DNA of 64,000 nucleotides from a virus, in the IMG/VR virus record IMGVR_UViG_3300035696_000014, positions 32,001-96,000 of that record; one strand, given 5' to 3'. The first letter of the stretch is position 1. Each line of letters begins with the position of its first letter. The notes under the pieces are model-generated. The model did no database searches and was not told the DNA's origin. It was given only the letters and a program-made list of their open reading frames with translations. Positions 9,349 through 17,780 of the stretch are shown here, one piece after another. The position numbers and the translations under genes were made by a program.

Positions 9349-9396
9349 GGGCAGCTCCTCCCAGATAAGCTATGTATGCTCTCGCCAGCTGCCCAT
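9347..9396. promoter_or_regulatory. 10-bp perfect inverted repeat covering part of the RBS and the start codon
   Basis: ATGGGCAGCT (9347-9356) / AGCTGCCCAT (9387-9396); TACATA on minus strand in the loop. Confidence 0.7.
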
Positions 9397-10353
9397 TCAC
9401 CCGTGCAGGCGCAGGTACCGCTCGGTCAGGTCCACGTTGAACCGGTCGATCGCTGCACGATCGGGCTCCTTTCGGAGCGTCGATGTAGCGTACAGCTCTT
9501 CGGCCCTCGCCTCGAGCTTCTCAGCCGCCTCGACCAGAGCATCGTAATGGAGCAGCCCGTTACGGATGCCCATCAGGTACTCCCGCTCCGGTCCCGTCCA
9601 CTTGACGTGGACAGTGTGCTTCTCCAGGATCTCGATGCCCATCATCTCCAAGCGCATCAAGTGCATGCCGTGCTTGGTGTCGTACCCGAACTTGGCCTCG
9701 AGCTGAGCCCTCTTCGGGTTCCGCGTCTTGACCCAGTTGAGGTACTGGTCGTAGTGGGTCTTCGCCGCCTGGTATGCCTTCTCCCTGGTGAACAGGGTGA
9801 CGACGTTCTTGGGCAGCTCGACCTCCAACAGGCCCTGCTCGTGGAGGCTGTCAAACGCGCCGAGCTCGCCCTTGCTGACCTTCATTGTCTCGGTCAACCC
9901 GAACTCCTCACGGGTCGGCGGCGCCTTCGGCGGCTCAAGCAACCACTTGCGGTGCGTCTTGATCCTGTGCAGCTGTGCGTTGGCATAGCCCGCGAAGGTG
10001 AACTTCGCCTTCTTGGACAGGAAATCGTTGGCGCGGGCACGCAGCTCCTCACCGAAGCTGTCGATCTTGATGATGTCGGTCGGGTCGACGTGCAGCACCT
10101 CGATGATGTTCGGGTTGCAGTCCGCCGCCAACGCGCAGAACTTGTCGACAGAGTAGACGACCTTGTCGATGCCGTCGCTCTTGGAGCCCATGTGCTCCAT
10201 CTGTTCGAACTTCTGGGTGAAGCCGAAGTACGCTGCGGCGGGCTTGATGCAGACGCCCTTGAAGTCCTCATCGGACTCCGGCGTGTTCAGGCCGTAAGCG
10301 TGGCTACCGTGGCGGACCAGCAGGATGGTTCGTGCGTCAACATCGAAGTTCAT
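9397..10353 (-). CDS. Pol-beta-superfamily nucleotidyltransferase (T4 NrdC.11/YcgL-like)
   Basis: GSHAYGLNTPESDEDFKGV, NPNIIE, GYDTKHGMHLMRL. Confidence 0.85.
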   Translation of the reverse strand: MNFDVDARTILLVRHGSHAYGLNTPESDEDFKGVCIKPAAAYFGFTQKFEQMEHMGSKSDGIDKVVYSVDKFCALAADCNPNIIEVLHVDPTDIIKIDSFGEELRARANDFLSKKAKFTFAGYANAQLHRIKTHRKWLLEPPKAPPTREEFGLTETMKVSKGELGAFDSLHEQGLLEVELPKNVVTLFTREKAYQAAKTHYDQYLNWVKTRNPKRAQLEAKFGYDTKHGMHLMRLEMMGIEILEKHTVHVKWTGPEREYLMGIRNGLLHYDALVEAAEKLEARAEELYATSTLRKEPDRAAIDRFNVDLTERYLRLHG

Positions 10354-10362
10354 AGCCTGCTG

Positions 10363-10391
10363 ATCCTACCACGGGTAGGGCCAGAGGTTCA
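10363..10391 (-). promoter_or_regulatory. Class-1 promoter TGAAC-N18-TAGGAT
   Basis: Motif read directly; TGA is the HSP20 stop codon. Confidence 0.7.
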
Positions 10392-10856
10392 CTTTTGGGT
10401 GACAGTGACTTCGATCTTGCGAGACTTGGCCTCGGGCTTCTTCGCGAAGGTCAGCGTCAGGACGCCGTCCTCCAGGTGAGCCTTCGGGTTCGCTGAATCG
10501 TAGTCTTGGCGGACGAGCCACGAGTACGCTTGCAGGCGGTCCCCTCGCTTGGCTTGCACCGTGACCTCGTTGCCCTGGATCGATACGTCCAGGTCAGACA
10601 GCTTGACGCCCGGGAGATCAACGCTGATCTCCATCTTCTCGTCGTCGGCCCTCACCGTGTGAGAGCGCTGGGACACCGCCGAGAGCGGCATCGCTTGGCG
10701 GCTGGTGAAGAACAGGTCGGTGTTGAAGAGGTCATCGAACACGTCGTTCATCTCGTCCAGCAGGCCGAACGGTGTCAGGCCGTGTGGGCGGATCCGCTCG
10801 CGGCGAGCGATGGGGTTCGTGGGGGTGTGCTTGACGATCTGGGTGTTCTCGGACAT
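10389..10856 (-). CDS. Small heat-shock protein HSP20
   Basis: DLPGV...DVSI, AHLEDGVLTLTFAK, C-terminal IEV motif. Confidence 0.9.
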   Translation of the reverse strand: MSENTQIVKHTPTNPIARRERIRPHGLTPFGLLDEMNDVFDDLFNTDLFFTSRQAMPLSAVSQRSHTVRADDEKMEISVDLPGVKLSDLDVSIQGNEVTVQAKRGDRLQAYSWLVRQDYDSANPKAHLEDGVLTLTFAKKPEAKSRKIEVTVTQK

Positions 10857-10950
10857 GGTCTTGGTCTCTCCTTCCTTACCACCCGTTTGGGTGGCCGAGG
10901 AGGAAGATAGTACCGGTTCGTCCGGTCGTACAGGCCCCTTGTGCACTTTT

Positions 10951-11361
10951 TCAGTAGCCATTCTTGATGCGCTCGACGTTGGTTCTGCCCTTGTCGAGGT
11001 AGGCCTTGACCAGCTCCCGACGAGTGATGCCGCTGGCGATGACGAGTTCCAGGTACAGGTGGAGCGCATCGACCAGCTCTTCCAGGTACGCCTCACGGTC
11101 CACTTCCGGGATCTCTGTCGCCCGGTGAGACTTGGCGTTCTTCAGGTGCTGGCCCGCTTCGAACAGCTCCTCCATGAGGTGGTTCCTGATGTCTTTCAGG
11201 AACTGCTGGCCCTTCTTGGAAGTCAGGTCGGTCGGGAAGTCCGGGAAGTTGCGCTTTTCCTTGAGAAGGTACATGAAGTCCTCCTGCTGGTCCCACATCT
11301 CCTCGAGCTCGTTCCGCTTCGGAACGCTTGGACCCATGTTCATCGGCTCGTCTTCTCTCAC
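10951..11361 (-). CDS. All-alpha NTP pyrophosphohydrolase (dimeric dUTPase/MazG-like)
   Basis: EELFEA...EELVDALH acidic motifs; GTG start after GAGGGG. Confidence 0.75.
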   Translation of the reverse strand: MREDEPMNMGPSVPKRNELEEMWDQQEDFMYLLKEKRNFPDFPTDLTSKKGQQFLKDIRNHLMEELFEAGQHLKNAKSHRATEIPEVDREAYLEELVDALHLYLELVIASGITRRELVKAYLDKGRTNVERIKNGY

Positions 11362-11422
11362 GTCAAACCCCTCGCCTGGGAAGACCCAGGACAGCACTAG
11401 CAAGGCGCAGACGATGACCCAC

Positions 11423-11698
11423 TCAAGCGTTGTCACCGCCGCCATTGCCCGGAATGATGAACTTGTTGCCCTTCGTCTTGGCTTGGATCTCTCGAGCCTG
11501 GGACAGCAGCTTCTCGTGCATCTCCCTGACCTGCTTCTGGTACTCTGGACTCAGCACCAGTACATTCGGGTCTGTCTCGTCGTGGATGACGCGGATCTGG
11601 CGCAGCAGGTCGCTGCAATCGACCCCCGTCAGCATCGCTTCTTGGACGATCTGCACCACTCGGTGCCAGATGCTGTCCGCAAACTTCATCTCTTCCAT
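11423..11698 (-). CDS. Hypothetical protein
   Basis: MEEMKFADSIWHRVVQIVQEAMLTGVD...; phage-like codon usage. Confidence 0.7.
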   Translation of the reverse strand: MEEMKFADSIWHRVVQIVQEAMLTGVDCSDLLRQIRVIHDETDPNVLVLSPEYQKQVREMHEKLLSQAREIQAKTKGNKFIIPGNGGGDNA

Positions 11699-11718
11699 GG
11701 GTAGCCTCAGGCGGGATC

Positions 11719-12336
11719 CTACAACGCCCGCAATCGCTTGATACTGTCCCTGACGTCTTCTCCCGGCGTCGAGGGGCACTCGTTGCCAACACAGGTCCAT
11801 CCTGGGAGGTCTCGCCTGGCAAACAGCTCCAGCTTGTTGGCCTCCGGGAACATCACGTCGAAGCTGGAATGAAGGTGTTGGGGCTTCCGAGAGTGACCCA
11901 GGTTCGGGTAGAAGCAGACGCTCCGTTGGGAGTGGTCCTCCAACGACTTGTAGACGCTCTTGCCTGATGCACAGATCAGCGCTGTCTCGTGGGTCTGCCG
12001 GAACAGCCGCCCCATGCCGAAGGCCAGACACTGGTCAATGTACTCCATGTCATCTGGGATCTTCTTCTTGGTCTTGACCCAGATGAAGTTCTGCTTCAGC
12101 TTGAAGCCCCATGACTTGTAGACCTCGATACCTGACTCCATGAAGCTGCCCGGCACCCACAGGCCCAGCACGCAGCCCGCCGGGTCTGCAAGCGAGGCAA
12201 CGTCAAGGTCGATGATGTCCTTCATCGTCATGACGCCATAGTTGGCTGCCGCACCCCTCTTGGTCGGTGCCTTCATCTTCGCCAGCTTGTCGTCAAACGA
12301 CCAGGGCGGGTCGGCGATGATGACTTGGAACTTCAT
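11719..12336 (-). CDS. MT-A70 family adenine methyltransferase
   Basis: IIADPPW, WGF, WVK, GMG, HSRKP, LELFAR. Confidence 0.92.
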   Translation of the reverse strand: MKFQVIIADPPWSFDDKLAKMKAPTKRGAAANYGVMTMKDIIDLDVASLADPAGCVLGLWVPGSFMESGIEVYKSWGFKLKQNFIWVKTKKKIPDDMEYIDQCLAFGMGRLFRQTHETALICASGKSVYKSLEDHSQRSVCFYPNLGHSRKPQHLHSSFDVMFPEANKLELFARRDLPGWTCVGNECPSTPGEDVRDSIKRLRAL

Positions 12337-12986
12337 CGGTGGTACGCTTCCTGACACGGCTCGTTGAAGGCCGCGTGGCACACCGGACAGTTGCTGTTTG
12401 GGATCATGTTCATGTTGCTCAGCAGGGCCAGGATGCTGTCATGGACATCGTCGATGCTGTCGTGGTTGTCGACAAGGACATGGCCGGGCCAGTTCATGCC
12501 CGCATTGCGGTACAGGATCCTGACCTTCGATTGGAGATCGGTGTCTCGCTCGTAGCTGTCATCAGCCTGCTTTCGCTTGTAAGACGTCCCAGACAGGACC
12601 AAGACGACATCAGCTCGTTTGGCTCGGTTGAACATCCACTTGTTGAGCGACTCGTTGATGCCCTCGGCTGAGCCGTAGACCCAACCCGACAGGGCCCACC
12701 GGTCCAGGATGACGATCTCGTTCTCCTCGAGCAGCTTGGGCAGCTTGAAGACCTGGAAGTAGATGCGGTTGAGGAACTGGACGAACTGGAACGTGTTGGG
12801 ATGGCGCTTGGCCGCTCCCGATTCCAGCATCGAGTAGATCAGCTTGCGTCCGCGAGGGTGAGACTCCTTGGTGGGCTCGACCCTGATGGCCTTGACGCCC
12901 AACTCTACGAGCGCCGCGGCGAGGCGCTTGGACTGGGTCTCCTTGCCGACTTTGTCAGGCCCCTCGAAGACGACTAGCTTGCCCAT
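12333..12986 (-). CDS. tmk: Thymidylate kinase
   Basis: VFEGPDKVGKETQ P-loop, EP, LDRW. Confidence 0.88.
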   Translation of the reverse strand: MGKLVVFEGPDKVGKETQSKRLAAALVELGVKAIRVEPTKESHPRGRKLIYSMLESGAAKRHPNTFQFVQFLNRIYFQVFKLPKLLEENEIVILDRWALSGWVYGSAEGINESLNKWMFNRAKRADVVLVLSGTSYKRKQADDSYERDTDLQSKVRILYRNAGMNWPGHVLVDNHDSIDDVHDSILALLSNMNMIPNSNCPVCHAAFNEPCQEAYHR

Positions 12987-13159
12987 TAGATGCACCTCAA
13001 CACGATCTCGGTAATGGTCAGCGGGTGGTCGACATCAACTGGCTCCCCTGCTTTGACCCGTTCGACCCAGTCCCGTAGCCGTTGAGCAGTCTCACTCGAC
13101 AGCTTGCTCTCGGCGAGGATGTCCTCAGCTTGCTTGATGAAGAGGGCCGTGTTGTCCAT
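12986..13159 (-). CDS. Small hypothetical protein
   Basis: MDNTALFIKQ...; follows class-1 promoter; TAATG overlap with tmk. Confidence 0.6.
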   Translation of the reverse strand: MDNTALFIKQAEDILAESKLSSETAQRLRDWVERVKAGEPVDVDHPLTITEIVLRCI

Positions 13160-13167
13160 GTCTCCCC

Positions 13168-13196
13168 ATCCTACCCCTGTTCTGTGACCCAGTTCA
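13168..13196 (-). promoter_or_regulatory. Class-1 promoter TGAAC-N18-TAGGAT
   Basis: Motif read directly; TGA is the ThyX-like gene stop. Confidence 0.7.
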
Positions 13197-14147
13197 CTGG
13201 GCTGGGCGCGCGAGGAAGTTGGACTCGAAGGCCAACAGCTTGCGGTACTGGACCCAGCCCCGGAAGTTGCCGAGGAAGTGCTGTGCCGGGTTGAGGTCCA
13301 GTTTGTCGATGCCGTTGACACCAGAGAACTTGGCCTGCATCACTTCGACATCGTACCGGGTCATCGGTCGAGCACAGTGCTCGAAGGGTGACATGTGACC
13401 GTTACCCAACAGGCGATCGTGGAGCTGGATGTCAGCCTCAGGGTCATGCTTGCCGTCGTGGGTCAGGTACGACACTCGGGCACAGCGGCCGCTGCAGACC
13501 TTGACGGCATACTCCGGCGTCATCAAGTGGCACTGAGCGGGCACTGCTTCGTTCCACTCGGGACTGTCTTTGGGCAGCACGAACTCGGTGGGTTGCAACA
13601 GGGGCAGGTGCCACTGTTCGTAGTCCAACTGCTTCGGCTTCGAAGCATCCAGGGCTTGAACCATGTGCTCAGCGCCCCGACGCATCTCGGGCTGCGCCGC
13701 CTTGTGGCACCGCAGACCCCTAAAGTTGTCCCACTCCGTCGCCGTGACAATGACGGTGTGCCACAGCCAGGGCTCCAGGATCCGGTTGGCGATCTGCTTG
13801 TGGAGATCGATGTCCTCCATCTGGAGGCGTTCAACGTGGCGGACAGCGCTGTCACGGGCCCGAAGCCACTCAGCCTCTGCCTTCATCTTGGCCATCGGGT
13901 CGAGCTCGACCTCAGCTTCCATGCCCTTCTGGTTCTTGCCGAACCAGATCGGAATGAAAGGATCGTTGGTCACCCGCTGCAACATCGTCTTGACAGGGAT
14001 CGCCCGGCTCGACGCGCTGTTCCGGGAGAACATCCGGTGAGTGTTGAACTCCGCCAGGACGATCCTAGGGAAGTTCACTTCCAACGTGGTCAACCGGACT
14101 CCGTCCGGGCTCAAGCTGTCTGCAAGTACGCGGGCGCTGAATGCCAT
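13194..14147 (-). CDS. thyX: Flavin-dependent thymidylate synthase-like protein (phage type)
   Basis: AEFNTHRMFSRNSASSR, LRCHKAAQPEM, GHMSPFEH. Confidence 0.8.
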   Translation of the reverse strand: MAFSARVLADSLSPDGVRLTTLEVNFPRIVLAEFNTHRMFSRNSASSRAIPVKTMLQRVTNDPFIPIWFGKNQKGMEAEVELDPMAKMKAEAEWLRARDSAVRHVERLQMEDIDLHKQIANRILEPWLWHTVIVTATEWDNFRGLRCHKAAQPEMRRGAEHMVQALDASKPKQLDYEQWHLPLLQPTEFVLPKDSPEWNEAVPAQCHLMTPEYAVKVCSGRCARVSYLTHDGKHDPEADIQLHDRLLGNGHMSPFEHCARPMTRYDVEVMQAKFSGVNGIDKLDLNPAQHFLGNFRGWVQYRKLLAFESNFLARPAQ

Positions 14148-14156
14148 GCGCTGAAC

Positions 14157-14423
14157 TTACACCCGGCGGGTGAAGTTGAACAGGGCATCTTCCAGCACGT
14201 CGTAGACCTTCTCTTCGAGGTCCTCACACACGTCGTTCATCGCAGCGATCGCCTCACGTTGGTCGTTCGGGTTCTCGCTCTTCTGCAACATGATGTAGCC
14301 CTTGATTCGTTGCTTCAACCGGTCAACGAAGTCAGTCGTGTCCTGCCTCAGCGCCCATTCTGGGACGCCGTGGAGGTACTCCTCCTTGATGAGGTGCCTG
14401 AGCTCGCCGACAGTGATCTTCAC
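14157..14423 (-). CDS. Small protein with N-terminal MKIxxxxLxxLIxE motif (putative virion protein)
   Basis: MKITVGELRHLIKEE. Confidence 0.7.
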   Translation of the reverse strand: MKITVGELRHLIKEEYLHGVPEWALRQDTTDFVDRLKQRIKGYIMLQKSENPNDQREAIAAMNDVCEDLEEKVYDVLEDALFNFTRRV

Positions 14424-14803
14424 GCAACGGCCCTCTTGGGCTGGGCGCCTGACGTGGCGGGTGCTTCCTCGCGAGCGCCGCCCTTCTGGGCCTGTGCGAA
14501 CGCTTGGGTGACCGCTTTGTGGACGCCTGCCATCATCATCTCTGTTGCCTTGTCCGACGTCTGCTTGATGTGCTCGTACGCTTGATCGTCGAGCTCCCGG
14601 GTCTCGGGGTTGTACTGGCCCTTGGCCGCCAGCACCATGTTGTTCTGGACCGCGTTGCGGAACGGCTGTTCCAGTGCCGCCACGGCTTTCGCCATGTTGG
14701 GTCTGTCCATGATGTCCCGGACGGGTTCGTTGTTCTTGAAGTACGACGGAGAGATCGCCACCTCACGAATGAGCCGCCTCAGCGTGCCGACGCGGATCTT
14801 CAT
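14420..14803 (-). CDS. Small protein with N-terminal MKIxxxxLxxLIxE motif
   Basis: MKIRVGTLRRLIRE. Confidence 0.7.
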   Translation of the reverse strand: MKIRVGTLRRLIREVAISPSYFKNNEPVRDIMDRPNMAKAVAALEQPFRNAVQNNMVLAAKGQYNPETRELDDQAYEHIKQTSDKATEMMMAGVHKAVTQAFAQAQKGGAREEAPATSGAQPKRAVA

Positions 14804-14806
14804 GGG

Positions 14807-15154
14807 TCAGCCCTCGTCGCCGAAGTCACCGTCCACGAGCATCTGACGCACTTCGCGGACGTCGTTCTCGATCAACCGGCGAAGGTACTTGGTCGCTGCA
14901 TCCAGGCCCGCCCCGCCGTCGAACTCCCGGCCCTCGTAGAGGGGCGCTCCGGCAACGAACGTCTCGACCAGGTCTTGGATCGCGCCCTTCAGGCCCGGAC
15001 CCAGATCGACTGGCTTGGACTCGGTGATAACCTCTCCGGGCTCATCAACCTCAGCCAGGATGCGGTGACGCTCCTGTTGAGAAGCCGCAGCTCCCCTTGA
15101 CTCTTCCACGATGATCTCAGCGATCATCTCTTCCTGACGCTTCGTGAGCCCCAT
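14807..15154 (-). CDS. Hypothetical acidic protein (late-type promoter)
   Basis: AGGAG RBS, TACTTA upstream. Confidence 0.7.
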   Translation of the reverse strand: MGLTKRQEEMIAEIIVEESRGAAASQQERHRILAEVDEPGEVITESKPVDLGPGLKGAIQDLVETFVAGAPLYEGREFDGGAGLDAATKYLRRLIENDVREVRQMLVDGDFGDEG

Positions 15155-15165
15155 CTATGACACTC

Positions 15166-15191
15166 CTGAGCGATAAGTATAGCCCGCTCAG
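15166..15191 (-). promoter_or_regulatory. Late-type promoter TACTTA inside a 7-bp hairpin
   Basis: CTGAGCG / CGCTCAG arms flank TAAGTA (15174-15179). Confidence 0.6.
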
Positions 15192-17695
15192 CACTTGCTC
15201 CAGCCACACCGAGTGCCGTCCTGCTTCACCCCACCGACACACGAGACGCACCCCTGTTGGTAGACCAAGGTCTGTCCATCGCACTCAGGGCACTTTTTCT
15301 CGCTGGTGCTGGCGGTACCGTCAGCGATGTAGCCCTTCAGGACCCGGGCCACGACGGAGCTGAAGCTGGTGATGTCGCTGTGCTTGTCCTTGCGCAGCTG
15401 CTCGACCAGGAACTGCACTGGGACGCCATGGCGTAGGATCAGGCTGATCGCGCGCGTGAAGGCTCCGTACAACGGGTTGTCGAACAGGCTGACGACGTCC
15501 TTCAACATCAGCTCGTCATCGTCACCCAGTGGGATCCGTAGGTTGTAGGTGGTGACGCCGTCCTTCTTGCCGTTCTTGACGAGCAAGCCCTTCTTGACCT
15601 TCTTGGGGATCTCGACGTGTTCCGACAACCCAGCGAAGATCTCGTAGGGGCGATCGCCCAGCATGCCCACCAGGACCAAGTACTTCTCGCCGCTGACGCT
15701 GACCCTGTGGATCTCGCAGGGCAGCTCCTTGGGTCGCTTGGGGGCATGGCACTCGACGATGACTAGCGGCTGTCCGCCCTCAAGGGTTGCGGCCTCGTCA
15801 ACGATGACAGCATCACGTGAACCGATGCGGTAGATGGTGACGCCCTTGCAACCGGTCTCCCACCCGTGCCAGCACAGCTGTTCGACTGTCTCATAGGAGA
15901 CGTCTTTGGGCAGGTTGGTGGTGTTGCTGATGCTGTGGCAGATCCACTTCTGAGCCGCGGCCTGGATGTCGATCTTGCGGAGCCAGTCGATCTCCTCGAC
16001 AGTCGCGCCGTGGTAGGGCGACTTCTCGGGTTCAGTGCCGCCGGTGACCTCCATCCACTTCTTGAAACCGGGGTGCAGCAGGTCGTAGAACTGCCACGAG
16101 TCCCCGAGCTCATCGACTTCATCGATGCGAGCGTTCTTGTCAGCTTCAGTGATCTTGCGCTTGCGACGAGCTTTGATGAACAGCACTGGCTCACAACCAG
16201 ATGTCGTCTGTGTCATCAGGGACATGCTGCCTGCGGGTGCAGTCGTCGTGTTGGCGATATTGCGACGTCCGTACAGCTCGTAGTCCCGGCGCAGGTCCGG
16301 GTCCTCGTTCATGATGCGTTCAATGAACGGGTGTCCGCGCTCGACATCATGGTTGAAGATTGGGAACGCGCCGCGCTCACGAGCCATCTGCACGCTGGAG
16401 CGGTACGACGACAGAGCCAGTGTCTTGTAGATGAGATCGGTAGCGGCGATCGAGGCATCGTCACCGTACTTCAGACCCAGCATCGCAAACGCGTCGCCCA
16501 GGGCCGTGATGCCCAAGCCAGTACGCCGGCCGTTGATGGCAGCGTTCTTGATCTTTGTCCACAGGTCGTGCTCGACGCGTTTGACGTCGTTCGGTTCCGG
16601 GTCTGCGTCGATCTTCGCCAGGATGCGGTCAACGGCTTCGAGCTCGAGGTCGACCAGGTCATCCATCAAGCGTTGTGCCTTGAAGGTTGAATCCGCGAAG
16701 CGAGCGTAATCGAAACGTGCCTTGTCAGTGAATGGGTCGTTAACGAACTTCGACAAGTTCATCAGCAACAGGCGGCACGAGTCGTATGCCGACAGGGTGA
16801 TCTCGCCGCACGGGTTGGTGCTGATGCTGCCGTAACCGAACGCCTCATAGGCGTCAGCCGGGCCCATCGACTTGACCATGTCCCAGAACAGCATGCCAGG
16901 CTCGCTGCAATCGCGCATCGCCTTGACGATGTTGAGCCACACCTCTCGAGCGTCGACCCATTGCTCGATGACGTACTGCCCAGGCTTGGCATCAACTGGG
17001 AAGCGTTGTTGGTACTTCTCGCCGTTCTTGACGGCGTTCATGAACTCGTTCGTCATCCTGACGGAGACGTTGGCGCCAGTGACCTTCTTCTTGTTGCGCT
17101 TGATGTTGGCGAAGGTCAGCACCTCGGGGTGGTGGACGCTGATGGTCAGCATCAGGGCACCACGCCGCCCACCTTGGGCCACTTCACGGCAGGTGTTGGA
17201 GTACCTCTCCATGAAGACGCCGATGCCATCGGTGGTCCTGGCGGCATTGGCGGCTGGCAGACCACGGGGACGGATGGTGGACAGATCGAACCCCACTCCT
17301 CCCCGGCGTTTCATGATCTGGACCTCTTCCTGGTCCGTCTTCATGATGCCACCGTACGAGTCGTAGGGCGATTGGACGACGAAGCAGTTGCTGAGGCTTT
17401 GCACCTGGAATGGGTTGCCGATCGCGCTGAGGGGCCCACCTTGCGGCACCACCTCCCAGGACTTCAGCAAACGCTTGATCTCTTCCAGGGCCAGAGGGTT
17501 GGTGTACTTGCACTCGGCGCGGTAGAACTCACCAGCAGCACGGTCATGCATGTCGTCAGGGGTTCTCTCGTAGAGGACACCCTTCAGGTCCTGCAATGCG
17601 TACTTGCCGGCGAAAACGTCAGCAGCAAGTTCATCTCCCGAAAAGTATGAGACCGAGGCATCACGCACCTCGTCATAGGTGTACGTCGTCGTCAA
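15188..17695 (-). CDS. nrdJ: Class II (adenosylcobalamin-dependent) ribonucleotide reductase
   Basis: SLSNCFV, RRGA, TNPCGE, TTAPAG, C-terminal CPEC...CVSC; TTG start after AGGAGAGG. Confidence 0.9.
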   Translation of the reverse strand: MTTTYTYDEVRDASVSYFSGDELAADVFAGKYALQDLKGVLYERTPDDMHDRAAGEFYRAECKYTNPLALEEIKRLLKSWEVVPQGGPLSAIGNPFQVQSLSNCFVVQSPYDSYGGIMKTDQEEVQIMKRRGGVGFDLSTIRPRGLPAANAARTTDGIGVFMERYSNTCREVAQGGRRGALMLTISVHHPEVLTFANIKRNKKKVTGANVSVRMTNEFMNAVKNGEKYQQRFPVDAKPGQYVIEQWVDAREVWLNIVKAMRDCSEPGMLFWDMVKSMGPADAYEAFGYGSISTNPCGEITLSAYDSCRLLLMNLSKFVNDPFTDKARFDYARFADSTFKAQRLMDDLVDLELEAVDRILAKIDADPEPNDVKRVEHDLWTKIKNAAINGRRTGLGITALGDAFAMLGLKYGDDASIAATDLIYKTLALSSYRSSVQMARERGAFPIFNHDVERGHPFIERIMNEDPDLRRDYELYGRRNIANTTTAPAGSMSLMTQTTSGCEPVLFIKARRKRKITEADKNARIDEVDELGDSWQFYDLLHPGFKKWMEVTGGTEPEKSPYHGATVEEIDWLRKIDIQAAAQKWICHSISNTTNLPKDVSYETVEQLCWHGWETGCKGVTIYRIGSRDAVIVDEAATLEGGQPLVIVECHAPKRPKELPCEIHRVSVSGEKYLVLVGMLGDRPYEIFAGLSEHVEIPKKVKKGLLVKNGKKDGVTTYNLRIPLGDDDELMLKDVVSLFDNPLYGAFTRAISLILRHGVPVQFLVEQLRKDKHSDITSFSSVVARVLKGYIADGTASTSEKKCPECDGQTLVYQQGCVSCVGGVKQDGTRCGWSKC

Positions 17696-17780
17696 GTTCG
17701 CCCTCTCCTGGGTGACCGATAGTGGTGTGTTCAGGGGGCGAGCTGGCGCCGAGCCCGCCGGGAAGCTATGCAGCTCATAC

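Noticed and set aside
11362-11445. Hydrophobic N-terminal extension on the NTP pyrophosphatase as given by the ORF track
   Set aside because: Overlaps the upstream gene; a GTG at 11361 with a GAGGGG RBS is the more plausible start
17711-17730. NrdR-box-like ACACCACTATCGGT or a cobalamin riboswitch upstream of nrdJ
   Set aside because: Poor match to the NrdR palindrome, single copy; leader too short and lacks recognisable B12-box features
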